A DNA stretch of 35,514 bases from a bacterium. Its GTDB lineage: Bacteria > Patescibacteriota > Minisyncoccia > Phycocordibacterales > Phycocordibacteraceae. The stretch spans positions 1-35,514 of the forward strand of contig OMJE01000017.1 in the NCBI GenBank assembly GCA_900299275.1. The letters are read 5' to 3'. Each line of letters begins with the position of its first letter. The stretch's first letter is position 1. This document shows, piece after piece, positions 8,933 to 17,874 of this stretch. Under the pieces are notes generated by a model. That model saw only the letters and a program-made list of their open reading frames with translations, did not search any database and was not told the DNA's origin. The translations under genes and the position numbers were made by a program.

Positions 8933-9733
8933 CTAGCGAATTTCGTAGGTGATCGAGACAGACGCTGAGTAGGTGTTTTCTCCGGCAGGCACAACAGGAG
9001 CGGACTCAGCTTTTGCTTCGCGCATGACCCCTCCCATAGCATAGGCAACAGGATACGGTGTGCCGCTTACATTTTCACTAAAGTTGATGATCTTCACGAG
9101 ACGCACGCCAAGCTCTGCCGAAAGTTCCTTCGCTTGTGCTTTTGCCTTCTCTATCGCCACAGCACGCGCGGCGCTTTGGCCGGCACTTTCATCCTCAAGC
9201 CCGAAGTTTGGTCCCGACACATTCTGTACATTCAGCTTTCCAAGACCGGACAGAATACTACTGACCTTTGTGAGATCGCGAACTTTTAGTTCAATTGTTT
9301 GAGAGACATCATAGCCCGTAATGCGCGAATCCGGCATCGGACATGCGCCACCAGGAAGACACGCCTGTGTATACGTTGCGTAGTGAGGCGTGATGGCATA
9401 GGACGTGGTGCGAATGTCTTTCTCTGCAATACCCGATGTCTTCAGGAAAGCGATCGTATCATTGGTTTGCTTTGTCGTTTCTTCCTGAGCGTCGGACACC
9501 GCTGGCTTGGTATGGAAAATCGTTACCACGAGCCGCGCCACATCGGGCTTCACCGTCGCTTCTCCCTGCCCCGTTACCGTAATAACGTCAGTGGCAGGAT
9601 TCTGCGTTCTCCCGAATCCATTAAAGGTTGCAAATGTTGATACCAAAAGAAAAAGAGCGAGACAGCCAAGGACGGCAACGAACGCTCTGCGGATACCCGT
9701 ATCGGAAACGAACCCATCAAAAAAGTTTTGCAT
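8933..9733 (-). CDS. SIMPL (DUF541/BP26) domain protein
   Basis: ITVTGQGEATVKPDVA, DIRTTSYAITPHY, AIEKAKAQAKELS, VSITYEI; N-terminal TM helix. Confidence 0.9.
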   Translation of the reverse strand: MQNFFDGFVSDTGIRRAFVAVLGCLALFLLVSTFATFNGFGRTQNPATDVITVTGQGEATVKPDVARLVVTIFHTKPAVSDAQEETTKQTNDTIAFLKTSGIAEKDIRTTSYAITPHYATYTQACLPGGACPMPDSRITGYDVSQTIELKVRDLTKVSSILSGLGKLNVQNVSGPNFGLEDESAGQSAARAVAIEKAKAQAKELSAELGVRLVKIINFSENVSGTPYPVAYAMGGVMREAKAESAPVVPAGENTYSASVSITYEIR

Positions 9734-9767
9734 ATAATGTGACGTTACTATCGCCAGTATATCACCG

Positions 9768-10409
9768 CTACTCTGATGCAAGTGTGGCAAGCATTGTGCG
9801 CATTGCTTTCTGAGCCGGCAGTTCGGAAATATTTATAGCGCTGTTCGTACCATCAATGCCGTAGTCTGTCGCATCAAAACGCAGGACGTCAGCTGGACGA
9901 GCCAGGTAGTACGCAACCGTTACCTTTGTCGATGAACGTTCAATGGTGACGGCTGCAAATCGGTACGTTTGCCCCAGCGCAAGTGAGGTGAAATCTGCAG
10001 GACTCACCCGCTCACTCGACGTTCCGCGCATTGCCGTGGCGTGCATAATGTCTACGGCCGTGCTACTTGCCGCAATGGGATAACTACGCACCACCCACTC
10101 TGATCTTTGTTCTGTTGTTGTGGCCGCCGCTCCGTAACGTGCAAGCTCACCCTTTGCTGCGCTTTCTTCCACAAATCCAAACGGCAACGCAAACACTACG
10201 TGTGCCGCGTCGAGTGTCACATTAGGGGGTGCACAGCGTGGAAAATCACATGAATCAGGCGCATGCGCGACCTGACTACCATCTGGACAAGCGCGACTCT
10301 CTACCGGGCATGAGAGCGTATGGGTACGTTCATCAACGCTGATGCGGTACGCAAGACCGCCACCAATGACGAGGAGTAATAAAAATATGATAAACAAGGC
10401 TCGCTTCAT
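9768..10409 (-). CDS. Membrane-anchored hypothetical protein with a Cys-rich CPDGS module
   Basis: N-terminal hydrophobic helix; CPVESRACPDGSQV...CDFPRC. Confidence 0.8.
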   Translation of the reverse strand: MKRALFIIFLLLLVIGGGLAYRISVDERTHTLSCPVESRACPDGSQVAHAPDSCDFPRCAPPNVTLDAAHVVFALPFGFVEESAAKGELARYGAAATTTEQRSEWVVRSYPIAASSTAVDIMHATAMRGTSSERVSPADFTSLALGQTYRFAAVTIERSSTKVTVAYYLARPADVLRFDATDYGIDGTNSAINISELPAQKAMRTMLATLASE

Positions 10410-10451
10410 ATGTCTCCTATCCTAGCACTTGAGCCACGAACGCACGTTCTA

Positions 10452-10621
10452 GGGCGACGTGTGGGGCTCGGTCACAAGTCGTTTTCTGCTGAAAACGCTC
10501 GCGATCCTTACAGGATCTGTACACCTTTCGCATTTAGCAATGCTCAAGGTCTTGCGCTTGGGTCCCTACCCAAGCTCACCCGCCTCGGAGCCAAGCTGCT
10601 CCGGCCTTCGAGCCCCACACG
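10452..10621 (-). repeat. Structured interspersed element, copy B (tRNA-His 3' end), with expanded core
   Basis: 10452-10470 is identical to tRNA 10650-10668; 10607-10621 is an inverted copy of the tRNA T-arm/acceptor; core gccggagc..ccgaggcggg..cgttttcagcagaaaacg..tgtgacc. Confidence 0.85.
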
Positions 10622-10624
10622 AAT

Positions 10625-10646
10625 AAAAACTGCTCACGCAGTTTTT
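10625..10646 (-). terminator. Terminator-like hairpin after tRNA-His
   Basis: aaaaactgc-tcac-gcagttttt. Confidence 0.6.
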
Positions 10647-10647
10647 C

Positions 10648-10724
10648 TGGGGCGACGTGTGGGGCTCGAACCCACGACCGCTGGTACCACAAACCAGAGC
10701 TCTACCAACTGAGCTAACGCCGCC
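10648..10724 (-). tRNA. tRNA-His(GTG)
   Basis: Cloverleaf; anticodon arm CTGGT-TTGTGGT-ACCAG; G-1, C73 and CCA encoded. Confidence 0.95.
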
Positions 10725-10776
10725 ATGATGCCCCGAAGGGCTTCTTAAATTTTATACCACAATACTCAGAAAATGC

Positions 10777-11310
10777 TTAGTATTTTGGATTTTCTTCGCT
10801 TACCCCTGCGAGATGGTTTGCAAGCCGCGCGAGCGCAAAGAGGAGCGAGGAGAGACGATTCATATATGCACGCGCATCTGGCGTGAGGCCACGTAGACCA
10901 ACGTCGGACACTGCCACTAGGCGGCGCTCGGCACGGCGCGCGAGCGTTCGGCACACATCGAGCAGCGCTGAAAGCTCGGTACCACCCGCTATTGAGAATC
11001 CCTTGAGCGGTGGTATCTCTTTTTCGATCGCGTTAATCATATCTTCAACGGCGATAAGGTCTGTGTGCGTTACGTGTTTGTCTGCCCCTGCGAGCTCAGC
11101 CTGCACAATAAACAGTTTCTCCTGGGCTGTGCGCACGGCATCCTGGATACGCTTCTCATGCGAAGCTCGCACTTTTGCGTACCCCAGAAACGCATTGAGT
11201 TCATCAAGTGCACCAAGCGCCTCAGGTATCTCTGATGACTTTGAGATACGCTGTTGGTCGCAGCCAAATAATTGCGTAGTCCCCCCGTCGCCTTTGCCTG
11301 TGTAGAGCAT
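10777..11310 (-). CDS. ATP:cob(I)alamin adenosyltransferase, PduO type
   Basis: LYTGKGDGGTT, GALDELNAFLG, CRTLARRAERR, YMNRLSSLLFALAR. Confidence 0.93.
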   Translation of the reverse strand: MLYTGKGDGGTTQLFGCDQQRISKSSEIPEALGALDELNAFLGYAKVRASHEKRIQDAVRTAQEKLFIVQAELAGADKHVTHTDLIAVEDMINAIEKEIPPLKGFSIAGGTELSALLDVCRTLARRAERRLVAVSDVGLRGLTPDARAYMNRLSSLLFALARLANHLAGVSEENPKY

Positions 11311-11313
11311 AGA

Positions 11314-11778
11314 TTATGATCGTTCGTACGTACCAATAAGACTTGCTTCTGCAAGTACATGTCCTTGCATCGCCTGCATCACCAGTGGCTTCGCTGATCC
11401 GCGCGGCACAGCAAGCTCGACATCAAGGGCAAAAAGTCGAAACACGTAGCGATGACGCGTCGGTACGTGTTCAGGCGGCGGACAAGGCGGTGCGTAGACC
11501 GGGACGCCGCGCGTATTGTTCCCTGCCATACCGACGGTACTGCCTTCTTTGATACCGGTCGTCGAAGGTGAGATATTGAAAAGGATCCAATGATCAAACA
11601 TTTGATCTGACCGAATAGCATTTGGCACGTCGGGATCCTCCACAATAAGTACAAGTGACACTGCGTTCTCAGGCACATCGGAAAACACAAGTGGTGGCGA
11701 CACAGGTTGTTCAGCGTCACACGTGTAGCGCATTGGGATCGACTCGCCTTCTGCAAATGCGGCACTCGAAAGATTCAT
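11314..11778 (-). CDS. YbhB/YbcL (PEBP/RKIP-like) family protein
   Basis: SPPL, LIVEDPDVP, FDHWILFNI, YAPPCPP, HRYVFRLFALD; start reset to ATG 11778. Confidence 0.92.
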   Translation of the reverse strand: MNLSSAAFAEGESIPMRYTCDAEQPVSPPLVFSDVPENAVSLVLIVEDPDVPNAIRSDQMFDHWILFNISPSTTGIKEGSTVGMAGNNTRGVPVYAPPCPPPEHVPTRHRYVFRLFALDVELAVPRGSAKPLVMQAMQGHVLAEASLIGTYERS

Positions 11779-11800
11779 ACAAGACCAGTATATCGCGTAA

Positions 11801-11835
11801 AAGAAAAAGGGACGATGCCTCCGCCATCGTCCCTT
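11801..11835 (-). terminator. Terminator of the DnaA-like gene
   Basis: aagggacgatg / catcgtccctt stem plus a T-run on the minus strand. Confidence 0.7.
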
Positions 11836-11851
11836 CCTTTCTGTTCTCAGA

Positions 11852-12574
11852 TCATCGTGCCGCAGATGATGCGGGGTGCATGCCGCACCGTTTGCGCACA
11901 GCCTGTTCCGCAACCTGCAGCTTCTTCGCGAAGTCCTCATCTTCCTCCATACGAAGGATGGTGCGACGTTCGGCTCGAATGATCGTGGTGTGGTCGTTAA
12001 AGTTGTCGAACGCATCAGCAAGCTTCGGGTACGACAGTCCCGTAAGCTTACGGGCCAGATACGCCGTGGCTTGCCGGGGCCACAGTTTATGGCGGTCGCG
12101 CGTCGAACTCATCATCTCTTCCACGGACAACCCGAACGTTCCTGCGACCATCTCGATGACGACGGGGACGATGTCCAATTTCGCATTGTCCTCGTCCATT
12201 GCAATGTCCTCTGCTATTGAAGGGAGCTCGGCCCAGGACTCCCGTCCGGGAACGGGCGCGCGATCCAACTGGAGAACGAGAGCCTTGAATGTGCGGCGCC
12301 AGCCGCGTTCCTGCAAGGAACTCGCTTCAACGGACAATCCCACGCGCGCCGGAATCTCCCCACCCGCAATCTCACGCAAGAGGGCGCCGTATCTACGACG
12401 CACCGCGTCATAAAAATACGCGAACGGTACTACGAGCCGAAGCTCTCCTTGCGTACCAAGCTCGGGTTCGAGTGGCCACAGCCACGTTTCGAACTCACGC
12501 TCCGGCACCATCTGCCACAATTTCTGCAGCACACGGATCCATTCATGTTCGATATCGTGTTTTCGAGTGTCCAC
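11852..12574 (-). CDS. DnaA-like protein with domains I and IV only (no AAA+ domain)
   Basis: N-term FETWLWPL..ELRLVVPFAYFYDAVRRRY; C-term VAGTFGLSVEEMMS.TR..WPRQATAYLARKLTGLSYPKLADAF..DHTTII; no Walker A; AAGGAG SD. Confidence 0.85.
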   Translation of the reverse strand: MDTRKHDIEHEWIRVLQKLWQMVPEREFETWLWPLEPELGTQGELRLVVPFAYFYDAVRRRYGALLREIAGGEIPARVGLSVEASSLQERGWRRTFKALVLQLDRAPVPGRESWAELPSIAEDIAMDEDNAKLDIVPVVIEMVAGTFGLSVEEMMSSTRDRHKLWPRQATAYLARKLTGLSYPKLADAFDNFNDHTTIIRAERRTILRMEEDEDFAKKLQVAEQAVRKRCGMHPASSAAR

Positions 12575-12659
12575 TCTTTACTCCTTGTCGAGAACCACAT
12601 GATTTCGTATCCGGCCAGAGTGTACCAAACGAGCGGCGCTCGCGCTAGCAAGAACGAAC

Positions 12660-12839
12660 CTAGGCCTTGCGCGTAAGCCAACCTGCGGCCAAGAGTACCG
12701 CCGCAACAAGGTTTACGATGGCGTGCCCCATCATTTGATCTGGTGTCACGCCACCCATGAGCATGTAGATATGCGTGCCGAAGACAACGATGAGACCGAG
12801 CATGTAAAGCCACCAACTGAGTTTGTTATTTGCGTACAT
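12660..12839 (-). CDS. Small two-TM membrane protein, 59 aa
   Basis: MYANNKLSWWLYMLGLIVVFGTHIYMLMGGVTPDQMMGHAIVNLVAAVLLAAGWLTRKA; below the ORF-track length cutoff. Confidence 0.7.
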   Translation of the reverse strand: MYANNKLSWWLYMLGLIVVFGTHIYMLMGGVTPDQMMGHAIVNLVAAVLLAAGWLTRKA

Positions 12840-12929
12840 AGAATGAAATTATTTTGGTATACAAAAAGAGTAGCATGGCAAGCACCTCCTCTCTTTGAAT
12901 AGTTGTATGAAGCGCGGCGGACAAAAAGC

Positions 12930-12953
12930 AAAAAACTCCCTTTCGGGAGTTTT
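12930..12953 (-). terminator. Terminator after tRNA-Leu(GAG)
   Basis: aaaactccc-tttc-gggagtttt. Confidence 0.7.
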
Positions 12954-12955
12954 CA

Positions 12956-13043
12956 TGGTGCCCAGGAGAGGACTCGAACCTCCATGCCCTTAACGGGCGC
13001 TACCACCTCAAGGTAGTACGTCTACCAATTTCGCCACCTGGGC
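12956..13043 (-). tRNA. tRNA-Leu(GAG)
   Basis: CTACC-TTGAGGT-GGTAG; long variable arm; CCA encoded. Confidence 0.95.
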
Positions 13044-13105
13044 ATATTCGTGCCGAAGCACGTAGGTACTATACGAGATACACGAGGAATACTCAATCCC
13101 GCTTG

Positions 13106-13570
13106 CTAGGCAGCAACAGCGTCAGCCTCAACCGGGGCTTCGGTTTCCTCGACCGGGAGGGTCTCATCGCTCTTTACGTTCATCATGCGCGCATTGCGGA
13201 GCTGGCGACGCATTTCCTTAGCAGCCTTCTCGCGGATGAAGTAAAGCTTTGCGCGGCGGACCTTGGAGCGCTTTACGATTTCAATAGAGTCAATCAAAGG
13301 CGTGTAAAGCGGGAACACCTTCTCGACACCCACTCCCGAGAGTGTGGCACGAACTGTGAACGTGGCCCCGGCTTCTGTGCCGTGCTTTACTGCAATAACG
13401 AGTCCTTCAAAGACCTGCTTGCGGGCATTCTTGATCGTTTTCTCCTTCTTGTCTGCGCCCTTACCTTTCTTGAGCTCAATAATATTTTGCGTCACACGAA
13501 CCGTATCGCCCGGGCGAATGCCGAGCGCTGCGCGTCCCTCTGCGTTGACGGGGGTAAGTACCTTTGCCAT
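13106..13570 (-). CDS. rplS: 50S ribosomal protein L19
   Basis: IRPGDTVRV, QVFEGLVIA, GVGVEKVFPL, KVRRAKLYFIR. Confidence 0.97.
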   Translation of the reverse strand: MAKVLTPVNAEGRAALGIRPGDTVRVTQNIIELKKGKGADKKEKTIKNARKQVFEGLVIAVKHGTEAGATFTVRATLSGVGVEKVFPLYTPLIDSIEIVKRSKVRRAKLYFIREKAAKEMRRQLRNARMMNVKSDETLPVEETEAPVEADAVAA

Positions 13571-13649
13571 GTTCCGCGCACTGTAGCATGCAAATGAAAA
13601 GAGGGCAAATATAGGCCCTCCTGCCCCGCCACCAGGCCCTGGTGGTACG

Positions 13650-13680
13650 AAAAACCCCGCGCTTGGTAAGCGCGGGGTTT
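13650..13680 (-). terminator. Terminator of ORF 13700-14185
   Basis: aaaccccgcgctt / aagcgcggggttt. Confidence 0.75.
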
Positions 13681-13699
13681 ATAACTTCGTGTCCAAACG

Positions 13700-14185
13700 T
13701 CACACGGCCGGACGCACGACCAAGAAGCGCGTTCGCTCAAACCAGCACAAGGATGTCTGCTGCACACCCACGCTGGGCCTGTCACCTCCTAAGTAGCTAC
13801 ATGCGTAGTACTGATCCGAAAAAATGCGCGCTGATTGACCAAGGGCTGCGATAGGATAGAGGACATTTACTTCGTTTACGCTGGCTGCATCCGCAAGCAG
13901 ATGGTCGAGCTTCGCAAAGCGCCACGGACGGTGAACGTCCTCACGCTGAATGACCTGCCTCATCTCCGGGTAGAGCACCCGACGATTCGCGACCAGATAC
14001 ATGGCAGAATACCGCACACATCCCCGCTCTTCTGATACGAAGTAGGCCGGACTGATGTGCCGATTGACCCAGCCATACCAGCATGACGCCAGGCGACTAG
14101 GAAACGGCGCACCATGATCGACTACGAGCTCGAACGGTTTACTCATAGTGACGATGAGCGGCCGAGGACGCTCGATAACTGGCAT
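13700..14185 (-). CDS. Hypothetical protein, 161 aa
   Basis: AAGGAGGT SD 7 nt before ATG 14185; motifs YGWVN..IS...F, LDHLLA, YPIAALG, RFLVVR resemble an uncharacterised Parcubacteria family (from recall, unverified). Confidence 0.75.
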   Translation of the reverse strand: MPVIERPRPLIVTMSKPFELVVDHGAPFPSRLASCWYGWVNRHISPAYFVSEERGCVRYSAMYLVANRRVLYPEMRQVIQREDVHRPWRFAKLDHLLADAASVNEVNVLYPIAALGQSARIFSDQYYACSYLGGDRPSVGVQQTSLCWFERTRFLVVRPAV

Positions 14186-14249
14186 AACCTGCACCTCCTT
14201 TGTGCTGAAGTTTTTGGAAAAAGAGCTTGACCCTGCTCGCTATGCTACC

Positions 14250-14939
14250 CTATTTTTCGAATTTAACACCCACCTCACCGAACGCATTGAACGCGGAAGT
14301 AAGCTCGGCAGGTACCGGCGCAACAATGGTCACTTTTTTGCCACTAAGTAGCGGCACCTCTACTTCATACGCATGGAGCGCAAGGCGTGAAAGGCCGAGT
14401 GCCGGCTTATGATTCGGCGCATAGAGCGTGTCACCTATAATGGGGTGATGAATTGCCTTAAGGTGAACACGCAGTTGATGGGTACGCCCCGTCTCGGGGC
14501 GTAATTTTACAAGCGCATGATCTCCACGCTTCCCTACCACTTCATAGCGGGTTATTGCTTCGCGCAGTCTTCCTTTTGCTTTTGGCTGCGCACTACGTAG
14601 CCGAAAGTCGCGTCGTGATCGTCCGATATCAAAATCGATCATGCCGCGCGTCGCGCGTGGCACGCCGTACACAATGGCGTAATATATTTTTCCCACTTCT
14701 CGATCGTGAAATGCTTTGCGCAAGAATTCATAGACCTCGTGATGTTTTGCGAACAAGAGCACGCCGGATGTGTCGCGATCCAGCCGATGCACATATCCCC
14801 CACCCTGCTCGGGGTAGTGCTCTTTAAACCAATCTTCAGCCGTCGGTTCTTTTGTGCGGCCATCGCTATGGGTAATGAGGCCAGCCGGCTTAGCGATAGC
14901 CACCACATCAGCGTCCTCGTAGAGGATGGGAAGATCCAT
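14250..14939 (-). CDS. RluA-family RNA pseudouridine synthase
   Basis: KPAGL, VHRLDRDTSG, TGRTHQLRVH, HPIIGD.LY, LHA. Confidence 0.95.
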   Translation of the reverse strand: MDLPILYEDADVVAIAKPAGLITHSDGRTKEPTAEDWFKEHYPEQGGGYVHRLDRDTSGVLLFAKHHEVYEFLRKAFHDREVGKIYYAIVYGVPRATRGMIDFDIGRSRRDFRLRSAQPKAKGRLREAITRYEVVGKRGDHALVKLRPETGRTHQLRVHLKAIHHPIIGDTLYAPNHKPALGLSRLALHAYEVEVPLLSGKKVTIVAPVPAELTSAFNAFGEVGVKFEK

Positions 14940-14943
14940 TATG

Positions 14944-15016
14944 TGCGCGCTGTAGGACTCGAACCTACGACCATCCCGGTGTAAACGGGGCGCTCTACCA
15001 ACTGAGCTAAGCGCGC
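14944..15016 (-). tRNA. tRNA-Val(TAC)
   Basis: Cloverleaf with loop TTTACAC; CCA not encoded. Confidence 0.93.
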
Positions 15017-15162
15017 GTACCTATATATTTACCACGTTCTAGAACTTAGTGAAGCGCAAGCCGTTTATTATTACCTCTGCACACCAATGCTAAACGCACA
15101 TATTCGCACTGCTCCCTGCCGCTTCCAGATCGCCCAACCTTCTCGTCACTTCCCACTTCCGG

Positions 15163-15244
15163 TGGGCATGGGGAGACTCGAACTCCCAACCCTTACGGGA
15201 TACGCTTCTGAGACGTACGCGTATACCAATTCCGCCACATGCCC
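15163..15244 (-). tRNA. tRNA-Leu(CAG)
   Basis: TACGT-CTCAGAA-GCGTA; variable arm present. Confidence 0.93.
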
Positions 15245-15291
15245 GGAAACCTAAGTATGCCATTTTTTTGATGTCGCGTCACTCTTATTCT

Positions 15292-15366
15292 TGGTGCCCC
15301 CAGGAGGAATCGAACCTACATCAACGGCTTAGAAGTCCGCTGCTCTATCCATTGAGCTATGGGGGC
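15292..15366 (-). tRNA. tRNA-Arg(TCT)
   Basis: Loop CTTCTAA; CCA encoded. Confidence 0.92.
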
Positions 15367-15407
15367 GCTCGCACACACTAGCACAATTATAGTGCGTGTT
15401 TCCCTTT

Positions 15408-15707
15408 CTAGTATAACGAAGGATCCGTGTACGTGTATGTCCTTTGTCGATACTTCTCCTGTTCTGCAGCACGCGTGTCCAGTACTGTTTTTGTATCCAG
15501 CTGTTGCGGTGTCGTTAGGGGAGACGTTGCTACGGGCACCGTTTGCAATACGCTCGCAATGTGTTGATAGTCGCTCGCCGCAACGAATGCTAGTAGTCCT
15601 GTCACGATGCAAAAAATTATAAGCAACACGTGCCAATCTTGTGCTGGATTCGATTCATCGAACCAGTGTTGCGTAGCAAGTTTCGGGAATATCCGAGGAA
15701 TTGTCAT
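15408..15707 (-). CDS. Single-TM hypothetical protein at the end of the pilMNO cluster
   Basis: P..DW followed by a TM helix; C-terminal DPS; operon position. Confidence 0.7.
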   Translation of the reverse strand: MTIPRIFPKLATQHWFDESNPAQDWHVLLIIFCIVTGLLAFVAASDYQHIASVLQTVPVATSPLTTPQQLDTKTVLDTRAAEQEKYRQRTYTYTDPSLY

Positions 15708-15718
15708 ATGGCTAGATA

Positions 15719-16228
15719 TTAGTGCTTAATGCTTGCGCTAGCGGATGCATACAGAACTGTAAACACAACATCTGCCTGCCATTGTGTGCCAGACTTACTG
15801 AGCGTTACCGCTGATGTTGAAATGCCATACGGTGCATATTCAATTAGGCCCAGCGTCTGCATTACCGCTGGGAAATTGCCCGAGATGCTGAGTGTGACAC
15901 GGAGCTTTCCATTGTTGCTCTTCTCTGGTTCAACGCTGGCGACGGTAATCTGAGCGCCCACACTACGCCCACGTCCTTCAATGTCTGCAAGAAATGCGGG
16001 CACTTGCTCCTCTGTCACCTGATACGTACTTACATCCGCATGTTCTTCTGATCCCATTCCTGACGAAGAAAAACGTCCTGTATTACTTTTTGCCTGGACG
16101 GCCAGAGCGCGCACACGCAGTGTTTCGGACAGCAGGTTTCCATTGGCAACATAAAAAGAGAGGTAACTGCCAAAAAGAACGAGCACGATAACGGCGAGCA
16201 CGGTCGTAGTGACTGGAATTTTTTTCAT
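15719..16228 (-). CDS. PilO-like pilus assembly protein
   Basis: N-terminal TM; LSISGNFPAVMQTLGLIEYAPY; ATGA overlap with the pilN-like gene. Confidence 0.65.
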   Translation of the reverse strand: MKKIPVTTTVLAVIVLVLFGSYLSFYVANGNLLSETLRVRALAVQAKSNTGRFSSSGMGSEEHADVSTYQVTEEQVPAFLADIEGRGRSVGAQITVASVEPEKSNNGKLRVTLSISGNFPAVMQTLGLIEYAPYGISTSAVTLSKSGTQWQADVVFTVLYASASASIKH

Positions 16229-16758
16229 GACTTTAAGGTGAGCGTCAGTGTAAATGGCAGATCTGACTCCTTTGCGTATGCCGACACTGGCAACTGCACA
16301 GTTGCCACTTTAGGAAGGGCCTGAAGATTCTTTACGAAAGCAGCGAGCTGTTCTCGTGTTCGCGCCTTACCTGAAACCTGGACACGTTGAGGGACGCCTT
16401 GCAGAGAATATTCAAATTTTGTGATTATGATTCCCTCTCGTGGGACACTAGTCAATTCACGAAGGAACGGGCTCGCGAGCTCTGCGGTCTGCAGCGTTTC
16501 TAGTATGCTGCCCCCTGTCACTTCCTGAGTACCTGAAGCTGCGGTGGCTTGATCTGGAGAGAGGCCCAGTTGTGCAAGCTCTCTCACGGCAGCGTCATAT
16601 GCTGAGCGCGTTTGCATTTGGCTGGGGAGCAAGAAAGTACCGCCCAACACAACGCATACACTAAGCAGCACGAGACTAACATTTGCAACGCGCACCCGAT
16701 ATGCGTGACGCCGCAGTCGCACACGTTCTTCTGGCAGTAAATTGAGCACGTTACTCAT
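16225..16758 (-). CDS. pilN: PilN-like pilus assembly protein
   Basis: N-terminal LNLLP motif, TM helix, VSGKARTREQLAAFVKNL; ATGA overlap with pilM. Confidence 0.75.
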   Translation of the reverse strand: MSNVLNLLPEERVRLRRHAYRVRVANVSLVLLSVCVVLGGTFLLPSQMQTRSAYDAAVRELAQLGLSPDQATAASGTQEVTGGSILETLQTAELASPFLRELTSVPREGIIITKFEYSLQGVPQRVQVSGKARTREQLAAFVKNLQALPKVATVQLPVSAYAKESDLPFTLTLTLKS

Positions 16759-17834
16759 GGCAGGTAATCGCGCAGCGCGAGTCCAATAGGCGTCGCAAAC
16801 GCCAGTGCTTCGGTATACAAAATATCCGGCACCCACACCTCGTGTGACGCAAAGTTCGCAAACACATCCCCGGTTGCTGTTGGTACGCCGAGCGACTTTT
16901 CAAGATATTCAGCAAGACCACGCAGGCTTCCATTGCCTCCCAGCAAAATAACCTTCGTGATGGGCTTATGCCGTCCTCCCGGCGTTGCTTTACTCTGCCA
17001 GTAATTTAAATGGGCCAAAATTTCGTCTCGAATCGCCGATACAGTGGTCAACATAGCCTCAAGACACTCCTCATTGCCCAACATTGGCGCTATACCCTTT
17101 TCAACATTTAATTTCTTTGCCTCTGACTCCGGCACGCCAAAATATTTTTGTAGTGACAGCGTAATCGCATGTCCGCCGATACCAATCGTGGTAGCAAATC
17201 GAACAATGTTTGCTTCTACAATCACTATTTTTGTTGTGAGACGACCAATGTCAACAAGGAGGCTGGTTCCTGAATCGTGTGGTTTTACCGTTGCTCGTGC
17301 CATCGCAAAACTCTCGGCATCGAGAGCTACAACGTCAACCATTGCTGCGTCAAACACGGCAAGCAATTCGTCAATCACACGGCGCGCGAATCCAACTCCA
17401 ACCACCCAGGAATCATTTTTTTGACCTTGTTCAGCAAGTACGATGTCAAACGACGCCGACGCCGGAGGCAGCGGGACAAACTCATCGAGATGCTGCTCTA
17501 CGCTGATGCGCCACTGTCGCTTAGTATCCCCTGTTGTTGCGGTCTCGAATAGATACGATTTTGACTCGGGCAATGCAACGTATGCAGAGGATATGTTCAC
17601 CTTTCGCGCGACAGAAGCAATAGTTTTTGCCACGGCAACCACATCGGCCACATCCCCGTCAACAAACGCGCCTTCGGGCATGGGTTCTGCTGCGTGCGCC
17701 GCAAGAACAATGCCATCCTTGTGCTGCGCGAGTCGCACTGCCTTGACACTGCTCGTCGACAGATCGATGCCGCCCGTCATTGGTGCAAGATAATGCGGCG
17801 GCGGAAAAATACGCGATGATGCTCGCAGTGACAT
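16755..17834 (-). CDS. pilM: Type IV pilus assembly protein PilM (actin-like)
   Basis: GIDLSTSSVKAV, LVDIGRLTT, IGGHAIT, ILLGGNGSL.GL, PIGLALR. Confidence 0.9.
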   Translation of the reverse strand: MSLRASSRIFPPPHYLAPMTGGIDLSTSSVKAVRLAQHKDGIVLAAHAAEPMPEGAFVDGDVADVVAVAKTIASVARKVNISSAYVALPESKSYLFETATTGDTKRQWRISVEQHLDEFVPLPPASASFDIVLAEQGQKNDSWVVGVGFARRVIDELLAVFDAAMVDVVALDAESFAMARATVKPHDSGTSLLVDIGRLTTKIVIVEANIVRFATTIGIGGHAITLSLQKYFGVPESEAKKLNVEKGIAPMLGNEECLEAMLTTVSAIRDEILAHLNYWQSKATPGGRHKPITKVILLGGNGSLRGLAEYLEKSLGVPTATGDVFANFASHEVWVPDILYTEALAFATPIGLALRDYLP

Positions 17835-17874
17835 GCTTGCAGTATAACGCGACACCTTCGCGTCGTCTGTGGGA

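Noticed and set aside
10452-10668. attL/attR of an integrated island at tRNA-His
   Set aside because: Only ~180 nt lie between the repeats, there is no integrase, and an att model does not explain the inverted copy or the same pattern at rplK.
11314-12021. N-terminal extensions in the ORF track (ybhB, dcd, pilM, ruvA, polA, tsaE, pilB)
   Set aside because: They overlap neighbouring genes or terminators; family homology starts at downstream ATGs.
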